A stretch of DNA of 64,000 nt from an uncultured Gemmatimonadales bacterium (GTDB lineage: Bacteria > Gemmatimonadota > Gemmatimonadetes > Gemmatimonadales > GWC2-71-9), in contig CAWHFW010000005.1 in NCBI GenBank assembly GCA_963828735.1, positions 1,888,001-1,952,000 on the forward strand. Direction: 5' to 3'. The translations under genes and the position numbers were made by a program. Of this stretch, positions 50,976 to 60,167 are shown in pieces. Under the pieces are notes generated by a model. The model had not been told where the DNA came from, did no database searches, and saw only the letters and a program-made list of their open reading frames with translations. How positions within the stretch are numbered: position 1 is the first letter of the stretch; every line of letters begins with the position of its first letter.

Positions 50976-51742
50976 TCGCCCGCCGGACGCTCGTCTCGGG
51001 CCTTGCAACCCTCGGCCTGCTCTCCATCGACGCTTGCAGCGGCACCCTTCCTCCGCTCCGAGGACAGATCGAGGTCGGGCGGGAAGCGTACGCGGTCGTG
51101 GTGGCCGGCGACCCGAGGGGCGGTGATCTCTACGCCGTGCGCGCCGACGGCGGCCCGGTCATCCCGGTCACCTTCAGCAGCGTCGGCGAGATGCGGCCGG
51201 TGCTCTCGCCCGACGGCGTACGGGTGGCCTTCCTCCGAGGACGCGCGGTCGCGGATTCGACGCCGGGGAGCGTGTGGGTGATGAACCTGCAGACGGGCGG
51301 CGAGCGCGAGATCACGCTGCCCAGGGATGCCGGCGTGCCCCGGCAGGTGGGATGGTCGAAGGACGGGATGGCGCTCACGATCGCCGCGGAGAGCGGCCTT
51401 TACCGGGCCGCCCCGGCCACCGACGCGAAGGCGATCGCCGTGGCCGCCGCCGAGCGGACGACCGCGGAGTCGACGCTCGCCGTGCTGGTGGGCGATCCCG
51501 TCTTCGCGCGGGTGATTCCCTGTGCCGAGCCGGGCGCGCTGTGCGTCGTGGGCGATACCGGGGCGCCGGGTGTCCTGGCGGAGCGCGCGCGGGACGCGGC
51601 GCGGTGGGGCGCCGATTCGGTCGCGTTCCTCGCCGGGAACGCGATCGAGGTGCGACCGCTCGGCGCGGGCACGGCGCGAAGGATCGAATGGTCGGGGCTT
51701 CCCGGACGGCCGCGGGAGCTGACGGCGTTCGCGGGGAAGTAG
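50972..51742 (+). CDS. TolB/PD40-like lipoprotein
   Basis: GTG overlaps upstream stop; lipobox-like IDAC; DLYAV..DGG, PVLSPDG.RVAFLR, WSKDG. Confidence 0.7.
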   Translation: MIARRTLVSGLATLGLLSIDACSGTLPPLRGQIEVGREAYAVVVAGDPRGGDLYAVRADGGPVIPVTFSSVGEMRPVLSPDGVRVAFLRGRAVADSTPGSVWVMNLQTGGEREITLPRDAGVPRQVGWSKDGMALTIAAESGLYRAAPATDAKAIAVAAAERTTAESTLAVLVGDPVFARVIPCAEPGALCVVGDTGAPGVLAERARDAARWGADSVAFLAGNAIEVRPLGAGTARRIEWSGLPGRPRELTAFAGK

Positions 51743-51758
51743 TCGCGACCGTCCGGCC

Positions 51759-52349
51759 TCACCTCGCCGCGATGGCGTCCCACGCGGCATCGAGCGCCAT
51801 CGTCACCGGCGGCGCGTCGGGCGGCCACTCGTGTGCCCCGACCCGCTCGGCGACGAACGCCACGAGCGCGAGCCACACGTCCGTCCACAGCTCGGCGGGT
51901 CCCTGCCGCACGATGCCGTCGTTCCGGCCGGCTGCCACGACGGTGTGCAGGGCGTCGCGGAACTCGCGCTCGGACTCCCGGCTCCGCTCGTCCAGATGCT
52001 GCTCGTCCCGGTGCCGGAGCAGCATGCGCGTCTGCGCGGCGTCGCTCGCGGCGGTCTCGATCAGCCGCCGGGCGATTGCTCGCAGCCGGCTCGGCGTCTC
52101 CTGATCGTTGTCCGCCTCCTTCACGAGGGCCGCTCCCCACCGCTGCGCCCCGCGGAACACCTCGTTCAGCAGATGCTCCTTGCCGCTGAAGTGACGATAG
52201 ATCGTGCCTTCGGCCACGCCTGCCCGGGCGGCGATGGCCGGGGTGGTGGTCGCGCGGAAGCCTACGGTGGTGTAGAGCTCGAGTGCTGCTCGAAGCAGCC
52301 GCTGGCGGGTAGCTTCACCGTCGCGGCGGGTAGGTTGAGGTGTAGTCAT
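51759..52349 (-). CDS. TetR/AcrR family regulator
   Basis: RLLRAALELY..GF..TT..IAARAGVAEGTIYRHFSGKE. Confidence 0.93.
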   Translation of the reverse strand: MTTPQPTRRDGEATRQRLLRAALELYTTVGFRATTTPAIAARAGVAEGTIYRHFSGKEHLLNEVFRGAQRWGAALVKEADNDQETPSRLRAIARRLIETAASDAAQTRMLLRHRDEQHLDERSRESEREFRDALHTVVAAGRNDGIVRQGPAELWTDVWLALVAFVAERVGAHEWPPDAPPVTMALDAAWDAIAAR

Positions 52350-52476
52350 ATCGCAAAATACGTCGCGGGCCCGTTGAATCGCGACCCCTTCCAAGGCTAT
52401 TTTCCGGGGCTTTGTCCCAGGTTTTGCGCGTTCCGTACGATCTCGTACCGGACTCTCGTACCAGATGGGGTCGTCG

Positions 52477-53625
52477 ATGAAGATGCTGGTCCTCGGTGCC
52501 GGGCTGCAGGGCTGCGCCTGTGCCTATGATCTCCTGCAGAATCCGGCGGTCAGCCAGGTGACCCTGGCCGATCTCCGGCCGGACAACCTTCCGCCGTTCC
52601 TCGCCCGCCAGGGCGACTGGGGCGGACGCCTCAAGACCGTCCGGCTCGATGTGACCGATCCGGTCGCCGTCCAGGAGACGCTCCGCGGCCACACCTCCGT
52701 CATGAGCGCCATTCCCTACTACTACAACGCGCCCATGGCACGGGCCGCCGTCGAGGCGGGGTGCCATTTCTCGGACCTCGGCGGCAATACCGAGATCGTG
52801 TTCGAGCAGAAGAAGCTCGACGGCCAGGCCGTGGCCCGGAACGTCTCGGTGATCCCGGACTGCGGGCTCGCGCCGGGCATGGTCAACATCCTGGCCGCGG
52901 AAGGCATCCGCCGTCTCGAGCACGCCGACAAGGTCAAGGTGTACGTGGGCGGCCTCCCGCAGCAGCCCGAGCCGCCGCTCAACTACCAGATCGTCTATTC
53001 GCTCGAAGGCGCGCTCGACTACTACACCACGCCGTCGTGGGTGCTGCGCGGCGGCCGGCCGGTGCAGGTCGATGCGCTGAGCGAGCTCGAGGCGGTGGAC
53101 TTTCCCCAGCCGGTGGGAACGCTCGAGGCGTTCCACACCGGCGGCGGCATCAGCACCCTTCCCTTCGCGTACGAGGGCAAGGTGGACGTGATGGAATACA
53201 AGACGCTCCGCTACCCGGGGCACGTCGCCATCATGCGGCCGATCCGCGAGCTGGGGCTGCTCGACAACACGCCGGTCGAGGTGAAGGGCAAGAGCGTGGT
53301 GCCGCGCGATCTCTTCATCGCCGCGGTGCATCCCAAGCTGCATAAGCCGACCGGCAAGGACCTGGTCGCGCTCCAGGTGATCGTGTCCGGCACGAAGGGC
53401 GGCAAGCCCTCGCAGGTGGCGTTCCGCCTCATCGACCGCTACGACGCCGACCACGGGATCAGCGCAATGATGCGGACCACGGGCTATTCGCTCTCGATCA
53501 CGGGCCAGATGCAGGCCGACGGCCGGGTCGCGCTCAAGGGAGTGCACACTCCCGACGAGGCGATCCCGTTCGCCTCCTACGTGGAGGAGCTGGGTCGTCG
53601 TGGCATCCGGATCGAGGAACTCTAG
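52477..53625 (+). CDS. Saccharopine dehydrogenase / lysine 6-dehydrogenase family
   Basis: VLGAGLQG, DLGG, DCGLAPG, VGGLP, YKTLRYPGH, SAMMRTTG. Confidence 0.88.
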   Translation: MKMLVLGAGLQGCACAYDLLQNPAVSQVTLADLRPDNLPPFLARQGDWGGRLKTVRLDVTDPVAVQETLRGHTSVMSAIPYYYNAPMARAAVEAGCHFSDLGGNTEIVFEQKKLDGQAVARNVSVIPDCGLAPGMVNILAAEGIRRLEHADKVKVYVGGLPQQPEPPLNYQIVYSLEGALDYYTTPSWVLRGGRPVQVDALSELEAVDFPQPVGTLEAFHTGGGISTLPFAYEGKVDVMEYKTLRYPGHVAIMRPIRELGLLDNTPVEVKGKSVVPRDLFIAAVHPKLHKPTGKDLVALQVIVSGTKGGKPSQVAFRLIDRYDADHGISAMMRTTGYSLSITGQMQADGRVALKGVHTPDEAIPFASYVEELGRRGIRIEEL

Positions 53626-53664
53626 CGCCGCGGGTGATGTTACTCCCCCGGCACCAATCGCGGG

Positions 53665-54219
53665 ATGAGCATGCTGGACTTCAAGAGTTTGTGGGACCGG
53701 GCGCTGACCTACGAGGCGTTCCTGGCGGCGAGCACGAAGCACAAGGGGTTGTGGGAGGGGATCTACGGGATCGCCCGGCTGCCGGCGTGGGCCACGAGCG
53801 CGCTCCCGCCCGGGGTACACCGCAAACTGCTCGTCCTCGCGGAGGATTGGTGTGGTGACGCGTCGAGCACGATCCCGGTCGTGGCCAAGCTGGCGGACCA
53901 GGTGCCGGGGCTCGAGCTCCGGGTGCTGTGCCGGGACGCGAACCCCGAGGTGATGGACCGGTACCTGACCAGCGGGTCGCGATCGATCCCGATCGTGATC
54001 GCGCTGGACGAGGAGTTCCGGGAGCTCGGGCACTGGGGTCCGCGTCCACGCGAGCTGCAGGCGTGGGTGATGGAAAAGCGGGCCACCGTTCCCAAGGCAG
54101 AGCTCTACCCGCAGGTCCGGCAGTGGTACGCGAGGGACCACGGCGAGACGACCCTGCGCGAGGTGCTGGCGGCGGCGGGCATCGAACCGGCGCTGACGGA
54201 GAGCGCCGGCGGAGGTTGA
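53665..54219 (+). CDS. Thioredoxin family protein (single-Cys WCGD type)
   Basis: LAEDWCGDA, RSIP, WGPRP. Confidence 0.88.
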   Translation: MSMLDFKSLWDRALTYEAFLAASTKHKGLWEGIYGIARLPAWATSALPPGVHRKLLVLAEDWCGDASSTIPVVAKLADQVPGLELRVLCRDANPEVMDRYLTSGSRSIPIVIALDEEFRELGHWGPRPRELQAWVMEKRATVPKAELYPQVRQWYARDHGETTLREVLAAAGIEPALTESAGGG

Positions 54220-54240
54220 CGCCGCCGACTCGGCGTCCGA

Positions 54241-54279
54241 AAAAAGGGGCGTGCCTGTCGGCACGCCCCTTTCTCTTCT
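54241..54279. terminator. Bidirectional Rho-independent terminator
   Basis: AAAGGGGCGTGCC-TGTC-GGCACGCCCCTTT with A-tract before and T-rich tract after, between convergent genes. Confidence 0.85.
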
Positions 54280-54317
54280 CGTTTTCCGTCCTCGCCGTTG
54301 CCGCCGCGTCGGCGGGC

Positions 54318-55532
54318 TCAGAACATCCAGCCGCTCCCGACCGACACGTTGGCGCCATCCGGCCCGCGCGCGTAGTTGAACACGAAGATACTGCCGCGGA
54401 AGACCCGCACAGCGACCCCGAGCCCACCGCCCACCTTCATATCCTCGGTAGTCAGCCTGAAATCCTCGCCTTCGAACACGCGGCCGACATCCAGGAAGGC
54501 GACGAGCGAGAGCGCGCCCAGGTCCCCGAAGGGCAGCACATCGTGCCGGACCTCGAGGTTGCCGAACAGGGTGCCGCTTCCGGTGAGCCGGCCATAGTCG
54601 AGTCCACGGTGGGAGTTCTGTCCGCCGAGCACGGGGACCTCGCGCTCCCAGCCGGGCACAATGAACTTGGCGTCCAGCGGCGGCGCGCCGCCCATGCCAG
54701 AGCCCGCGATCCGCGCCCCCACCACGGTGCCCTCGCGGATCGAGAGATACCCTCGCAGGATCGCGTACTGGCGGGTGTAGCCGTCGCCCCAGCTCCCCGC
54801 CTGGGTGCCGGCCTCGAGCAGGACGCCCTTGTGCGTGTTGAACTCGTTGTCACGGGTGTCGTAGACCAGGGCGAGACGTCCCGAGAAGTCATCCTGCGTG
54901 ACCTCGCCCGAGGGAAAATCCTCCACGAATTTCGAGGGCCCCGGAAGCGACGTGAAGTGCGCGTGGGTGAAGTTGACCAGGAAGGCGAGCTGCAGCGGAC
55001 CGTGAAGCCGGCGCGTCACCTCCACGGCGCCGCGATAGCGCTGACGGCGCATGCGGTAGAGATAGGGGTTGTCCTCGCCCACCGCGTCGGGGTCGAACTC
55101 GGTATCGTTACCCAGCCCGAAGTAGCCGAGGCGCGCCTGGCGCTCCGCAACCGCCAGCGCGCCCAGGCGCCAGCCATCCCACAGCTCGGGCGCCCTGAAC
55201 GAAGCCGCGATGAAGCGACTGCCGTGCGGCGCGATGCCCGCGTCCAGGTTGAAGGCGCCCGTGTAGGTGTTCCGGGCCTCATACTCCGCAGGCTGCCAGT
55301 GCCGGACTCGGAACGAGAGGACCGGGCTGTCGTTCGCGCCGCCGGTGAGGTACGGGAAATAGCTCGTGCGCCAATGCGAGCCCGTGGTCTCCGGCTGGCC
55401 CGCGCCTTTCGCCGGAGGCGGCGCGGCCTGGCCGGAATCCGGAGGCGGTGGGGCCTGACCGGAATCCGGCACCTGCGCACGAGCCGCGGGTACCGCGCCG
55501 AGGACGAGCAGGAGGACTGACAGTCGGCGCAT
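54318..55532 (-). CDS. Omp85 (BamA/TamA-like) beta-barrel protein without POTRA domains
   Basis: Signal peptide; YDTRD, LGG..SHRG, FLDVGRVF, C-terminal F. Confidence 0.82.
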   Translation of the reverse strand: MRRLSVLLLVLGAVPAARAQVPDSGQAPPPPDSGQAAPPPAKGAGQPETTGSHWRTSYFPYLTGGANDSPVLSFRVRHWQPAEYEARNTYTGAFNLDAGIAPHGSRFIAASFRAPELWDGWRLGALAVAERQARLGYFGLGNDTEFDPDAVGEDNPYLYRMRRQRYRGAVEVTRRLHGPLQLAFLVNFTHAHFTSLPGPSKFVEDFPSGEVTQDDFSGRLALVYDTRDNEFNTHKGVLLEAGTQAGSWGDGYTRQYAILRGYLSIREGTVVGARIAGSGMGGAPPLDAKFIVPGWEREVPVLGGQNSHRGLDYGRLTGSGTLFGNLEVRHDVLPFGDLGALSLVAFLDVGRVFEGEDFRLTTEDMKVGGGLGVAVRVFRGSIFVFNYARGPDGANVSVGSGWMF

Positions 55533-55724
55533 CAGCTGAACCTCTTGCATTCGCGGGGGGTGGTGATCCGGTCCGATATCTCGGGCGTCTGCGGGGCGCG
55601 GGATCAGGGTGCCAAGGCTGCCGGGATTTATGGACCCACACGCCGGAAGTCAACCGGACGCGGGCACGGTACAGTACGCCGCGTGGTGGGCGGCGAATGC
55701 CCGCCGTCACGATGGGGAGCAGGC

Positions 55725-56383
55725 ATGACCCGACTGCTGTTCTGGGACGTCGACACGCTGACCGACTTCATGCGTGCCCAAGGCAAGCTCTACCTCCCGG
55801 GCAGCGAGGAGATCAACCCCACGCTCGAGGCGCTCACGGCGTTCGCGCACGCCCGCCGAATCCCGATCGTCGCATCGGCGGACGACCACACGGCAAGCGA
55901 CGCGGAGATCAGCGACGCTCCCGACTAGAACACGACGTTTCCGCCGCACTGCATGCACGGCACACCGGGCCAGCTCAAGATCGCCGAGACGGCGCTGGGC
56001 GTTCCTTTCGTCATCGAGCCCGAACCGCAGGACCCGGCGGCGCTCGCCCACCGCATCCTGGCCCACCGGGGCGATTTCCTGCTGACCAAGCACACCCTCG
56101 ACATCTTCTCGAACGCGAACGTGCGGACGCTGCTGCGCGCGCTCGAGCCCGAGGCGATCGTGATCTACGGCGCGGCCACGGATTTCTGCGACAAGTATAC
56201 CGTCGAAGGGTTGCTGCGGGACTGGCCGCGCGCCGAGCTGTTCCTCGTCACCGACGCGGTCCGCGCGATCGACGCCGAGTCTGCGAGCGATTGGTGGCGA
56301 GTTGGAACGACCGTGGCGTGCACCTGACGACGGCGGCGGAGGTGCTGGCGGGACGCGGCCTCGAGCCGTACCTGCCGGTGTGA
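55725..56383 (+). pseudogene. Isochorismatase / nicotinamidase family gene with in-frame TAG and frameshift
   Basis: WDVDT..DF, SADDH, TAG at 55926-28, FPPHC..GTPG, GAATDFC; natural C-terminus is in another frame after about 56286. Confidence 0.8.
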
Positions 56384-56689
56384 TCCACGGCACAGCGTCC
56401 CCTTTCGGGCTCCCTATCTTGCGACCCTAGTGGGAGTATGACCGAATGGCTATTTGCGAGACGTCCGAGACAGCCCTGAGTCCCCTGCTCTGCGGCCGGG
56501 CGCGCTGTTCGATCCGCTGCTCTCGCTGTTTTCTCCCCACATATTGCCCTTCATAATTCATCTCGCGGGAACGGGCCTCGTGCCCGTTCCACCCACCTTT
56601 TCTCCCTGCCGGATCGTGTGACCGAGGCCACGGCTTCGCCTCGTCGTTACGGGTGATCTTCGTCCCGCAACTCAACGGGGAGCGGAATC

Positions 56690-57049
56690 ATGCCGCGGGG
56701 TGACAAGTCGTCCTACACCGCCAAACAGCGGCGTCAGGCTCGGCACATCGAAGAGGGCTACGAGCGTCGGGGCGTGTCCCGGAAGGAAGCGGCGCGTCGT
56801 GCCTGGGCGACCGAGAACGCGATGTCGGGCGGCGGCAAGAAGTCCGGCGCCGGGCGCGGGCGCAAGACCAACAACGGACCCGCCAAGAAGGGCGGCAAGA
56901 CCGGCGGTCGCGCCTCGGCGTCGCGGCCGAAAGCGGCACGCTCGGCGTCTGCTCGGAAGGCCGCGGCGACGCGGAAGCGGCGGGCCGGCGGCTCGACCCG
57001 GAAGCGCTCGAGCACGAGCCGGGCGAGGAAGACCACGCGCAAGCGCTAG
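56690..57049 (+). CDS. Small highly basic protein (family commonly labelled 'plasmid stabilization protein')
   Basis: MPRGDKSSYTAKQRRQARHIEEGYE..G...AWAT; K/R-rich tail; GGGGAG RBS. Confidence 0.85.
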   Translation: MPRGDKSSYTAKQRRQARHIEEGYERRGVSRKEAARRAWATENAMSGGGKKSGAGRGRKTNNGPAKKGGKTGGRASASRPKAARSASARKAAATRKRRAGGSTRKRSSTSRARKTTRKR

Positions 57050-57069
57050 GGCGCAAGCGCTAGGGCGCA
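57037..57069. repeat. 14-bp tandem direct repeat spanning the stop codon
   Basis: GCGCAAGCGCTAGG x2 plus partial GCGCA. Confidence 0.8.
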
Positions 57070-57090
57070 TAGCACAATCTCAGGTCATTC

Positions 57091-57131
57091 AGAGCGGAGG
57101 GAGCCAACGCGAGGCGACCCTCCGCTCTTTT
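57091..57131 (+). terminator. Rho-independent terminator
   Basis: AGAGCGGAGGG / CCCTCCGCTCT stem followed by TTT. Confidence 0.7.
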
Positions 57132-57310
57132 GTGGCTCGAAGTCCTTGGCGACGAGGGACATGCGCCGTCAGCCGTGACTCATCACACACCTTCCACCAC
57201 CCCGGGTTCACAGCGGCCGAAGCCGTTCTGGACCCATAGTATGCGCGCCGGGACGACCCCGGCCCGCGCGCTGGCTCGGCGCGGCGGTTCCGTCTTCAAC
57301 CGGAGTGCGT

Positions 57311-57928
57311 ATGTCGATTCTGAAACTCACGAAGGTTCCGGCGATCCTCGCGGCCGCCGCGTTGTCTGCTGCCGTTCCGGCGCGGGCCATGGCTCAGGGC
57401 GTGGACCTCGTGCCCTGGGCGGGCGCCTATATCCCGACGCGGAATTCCGTCTCCGACCTCGACAACGCCTTGAGCCGCGACGTCAGCGTCATCGGCGGCG
57501 CGAGGCTCACGTTCTGGGGCACGGGCAACCTGGGCTTCGAGGCCGTAGGCGGGTACGCCCCGGCCAAGGTCGCGGGCGAGACGATCAACGAGACCAAGAC
57601 CAACCTGCTCGTCGCCGCCGCTCGGCTCATGCTCGCGCTCAGCCCGACGACGAACCGGGTGGGCGTCTACATCGCCGGCGGTCCGGCGCTCCTCACGCGT
57701 GGCCATGATCCATTCGACGACGACAAGAGCAGCACCGATTTCGGCGCCAACGTGGGCCTCGGCTTCCGCTTCGGGTTGGGCCAGAGCAACAATGCCGCGA
57801 TCCGTCTCGACCTCGAGGACTACCTCTACAACGGCGACTTCGGCGGTGGCGACAAGTTTCAGAACGACATCGTTGCCTCGCTCGGCTTCGCGATCCCCAT
57901 CGGCGGGCATCCGGGCGAGAAGCAATAG
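57311..57928 (+). CDS. Small outer-membrane beta-barrel protein (OmpA-like barrel)
   Basis: Signal peptide AMA-Q; about 8 amphipathic strands (GGARLTFW, NVGLGFRF, IRLDLEDY, SLGFAIP). Confidence 0.8.
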   Translation: MSILKLTKVPAILAAAALSAAVPARAMAQGVDLVPWAGAYIPTRNSVSDLDNALSRDVSVIGGARLTFWGTGNLGFEAVGGYAPAKVAGETINETKTNLLVAAARLMLALSPTTNRVGVYIAGGPALLTRGHDPFDDDKSSTDFGANVGLGFRFGLGQSNNAAIRLDLEDYLYNGDFGGGDKFQNDIVASLGFAIPIGGHPGEKQ

Positions 57929-57956
57929 CAGCGTTGTCCGGTTGGCGAACGCGCGG

Positions 57957-57984
57957 AGGGGCATGCCCAGCGGCATGCCCCTTT
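57957..57984 (+). terminator. Rho-independent terminator
   Basis: AGGGGCATGCC-CAGC-GGCATGCCCCT followed by TT. Confidence 0.72.
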
Positions 57985-58117
57985 CGCTTGCCGGTAGCGG
58001 CCCCGCACGGTCGCCAATGCCCGCAATTGGGTGTCGCAGAGTGTTGCCGATGACTGCAGCTCATTAGGGTCAGAAATGCCAATCAAAAGGTGAGTTTGCG
58101 ATCTTTTTGGAAGAATG

Positions 58118-58147
58118 TTGCAATTCATGCAGAAATAGGCTTACACT
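58118..58147 (+). promoter_or_regulatory. Candidate sigma-70 promoter in an AT-rich tract
   Basis: TTGCAA, 18 nt, TACACT, with AT-rich upstream sequence. Confidence 0.5.
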
Positions 58148-58185
58148 ACTGCACAGCGAGTACCTTACCCTGTTTCCGAGCCCCC

Positions 58186-59850
58186 ATGTCGCCCGCGCCT
58201 CGCAAAATCGTCTTTCACATGCCCTCGCTCGTCGGCGAGGACCCTGCCGTGGGACCCGCGGACTCGCCGTCGCGCCTCGACCCGGCGCGGGACCAACCCG
58301 CCCCGGCTCCCGACCTGGCGTTGGACGCCGGCGAGGTCCGAAAGCTCGCCACCCTGCTCGAGGTGAGCCAGGCGCTCGCGGGGAGCCTCAACCTGCAGGC
58401 CGGTCTCTATGGCGTGCTCGAGGTCCTCGAGCGGCGGTGCGGCGCCGGGCGCGGAGCGGTGACGCTGCTGGAGGACGCGAGCGGCCTGCTCGTGGTCGAG
58501 GCCGCGCTCGGGTACCCGCGCACGTCCGGCCGGGTCCGGTATCGCGTGGGTGAGGGAATCACGGGCCGGGTGGCCCAGCGGGGCCAGCCCGAGGTGGTGC
58601 CGCACGTGAGCGAGGAGCCCGGATTCCTGCACCGCGCCGTGCCCCGCGACGCTCGCGGCCCGGAGGAGGCGAGCTTCCTCTGCGTGCCGATCCTGATGGA
58701 CGGCCTGAGCGCCGGCACGCTCGCCGTCGAGATGCCGGTGATGCCCGAGCGGGACGCGGAGCGGATGGTCAAGGTCCTTCGCATCACGGCGGCCATGATC
58801 TCGCAGGCGGTTCGCATTCATGGCCTGGTGGAAGGTGAGCGCCAGCGGCTGGTGGAGGAGAACACCCAGCTGCGCGAAGAGCTCCGGGAGCGCTACGAAT
58901 TCACCAACATCGTGGGCAACAGCGGGCCCATGCGCCGCGTCTACGAACAGGTCCACCAGGTCGTGGGCACGACGGCGACGGTGATGATCCGCGGCGAGAG
59001 CGGGACGGGCAAGGAGCTCATTGCCCACGCGCTGCACCACCACTCGCCGCGGGCGGGCAAGCCGTTCATCCGCGTCAACTGCGCGGCGCTGCCCGAGACC
59101 CTGGTCGAGGCCGAGCTGTTCGGGCACGAACGTGGGGCGTTCACGGGCGCGCAGGCGCGGCGGAAGGGGAAATTCGAGCAGGCCGACGGCGGCACACTCT
59201 TCCTCGACGAGATCGGCGAGCTGAGCCCGTCGACGCAGGCCAAGCTGCTGCGGGCGCTCCAGGGGCGCGAGTTCGAGCGGCTGGGCGGGAACGAGACGCT
59301 CCGGGTAGACGTCCGCCTCATCACCGCCACGAACAAGGACCTCGAGAAGGCGCTGGCCGACGGGACGTTCCGGGAGGATCTCTACTATCGGCTCAACGTC
59401 TTCACCATCTACGTGCCGCCGCTTCGCGAGCGGAAGTCGGACGCGCTGCTCCTGGCCGACCACTTCGTCGAGAAGTACGCGCGGCTGCACGGGCGGTCGA
59501 TCAAGCGCATCTCCACCCCGGCGATCGACATGCTCATGGCCTATCACTGGCCGGGCAACGTGCGCGAGCTCGAGAACACGATCGAGCGCGCCGTGCTCGT
59601 CGCCGACGGCGACGTGATCCATGGACACCACCTCTCACCCACGCTGCAGACGGCCGAGGCATCCGGCACCGTGGTGTCGCGGTCCCTGGGCGAAGCGGTG
59701 GGCGTGTTCGAGAGCAACCTGATCCAGGACGCGCTCAAGAGCTCGCGCGGCAACCGCGCGAAGGCGGCACGCCTGCTCGACACGACCGAGCGAATCCTGA
59801 GCTACAAGGTGCGGCGCTACGGGATCGATCCCCGGCGGTTCCGCGCGTGA
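58186..59850 (+). CDS. Sigma-54-dependent activator, GAF-AAA+-HTH (NifA-like architecture)
   Basis: GEGITG GAF; GESGTGKE, GAFTGA, LFLDEIG, WPGNVREL; Fis-type HTH; start could be 58219. Confidence 0.92.
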   Translation: MSPAPRKIVFHMPSLVGEDPAVGPADSPSRLDPARDQPAPAPDLALDAGEVRKLATLLEVSQALAGSLNLQAGLYGVLEVLERRCGAGRGAVTLLEDASGLLVVEAALGYPRTSGRVRYRVGEGITGRVAQRGQPEVVPHVSEEPGFLHRAVPRDARGPEEASFLCVPILMDGLSAGTLAVEMPVMPERDAERMVKVLRITAAMISQAVRIHGLVEGERQRLVEENTQLREELRERYEFTNIVGNSGPMRRVYEQVHQVVGTTATVMIRGESGTGKELIAHALHHHSPRAGKPFIRVNCAALPETLVEAELFGHERGAFTGAQARRKGKFEQADGGTLFLDEIGELSPSTQAKLLRALQGREFERLGGNETLRVDVRLITATNKDLEKALADGTFREDLYYRLNVFTIYVPPLRERKSDALLLADHFVEKYARLHGRSIKRISTPAIDMLMAYHWPGNVRELENTIERAVLVADGDVIHGHHLSPTLQTAEASGTVVSRSLGEAVGVFESNLIQDALKSSRGNRAKAARLLDTTERILSYKVRRYGIDPRRFRA

Positions 59851-59900
59851 CGGCGGGCGCGCGAGGCTCCGACATCGCTGCGCTCCGGCCACTCGAGCGC

Positions 59901-60040
59901 CGACGAATTTGTCGCCCGCGCGGGAAACCCACCCCCCAGGACGATCCGACCCTTCCGGTCTAATCCCTTCGCGCGGAACGAATTGAAGCGCGTGCCTCTC
60001 GACCTCGGTCGCTCGGTCGGGCGGGGCACGCGACTTGTCA
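59901..60040 (+). promoter_or_regulatory. Candidate enhancer palindrome and sigma-54 (-24/-12) promoter
   Basis: CGACGAATTTGTCG (59901-14); GGCACG-CGAC-TTGT (60025-38), with T in place of the consensus -12 C. Confidence 0.45.
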
Positions 60041-60167
60041 TGTACTCCTGCACACAGCGTGACCATCACGCGACACCGCACTGACCGGTTCGATGCCGGC
60101 GCGGCGGAAGTTCACCTCGCCGCTTCCGGCATCGGTCGGGGGCGCATCACTCCGACAGGAGCACGAC

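Noticed and set aside
55926..55928. Pyrrolysine or amber recoding
   Set aside because: Many intact genes here end in TAG, no pyl genes are present, and the gene carries a second lesion
58186..59850. Nitrogen fixation regulator nifA
   Set aside because: The architecture matches, but no nif genes are in the window, so the symbol is not assigned
60041..60056. TGT-N10-ACA NifA-type UAS
   Set aside because: It is a short motif that arises by chance and lies downstream of the candidate -12 element, the wrong side for an enhancer
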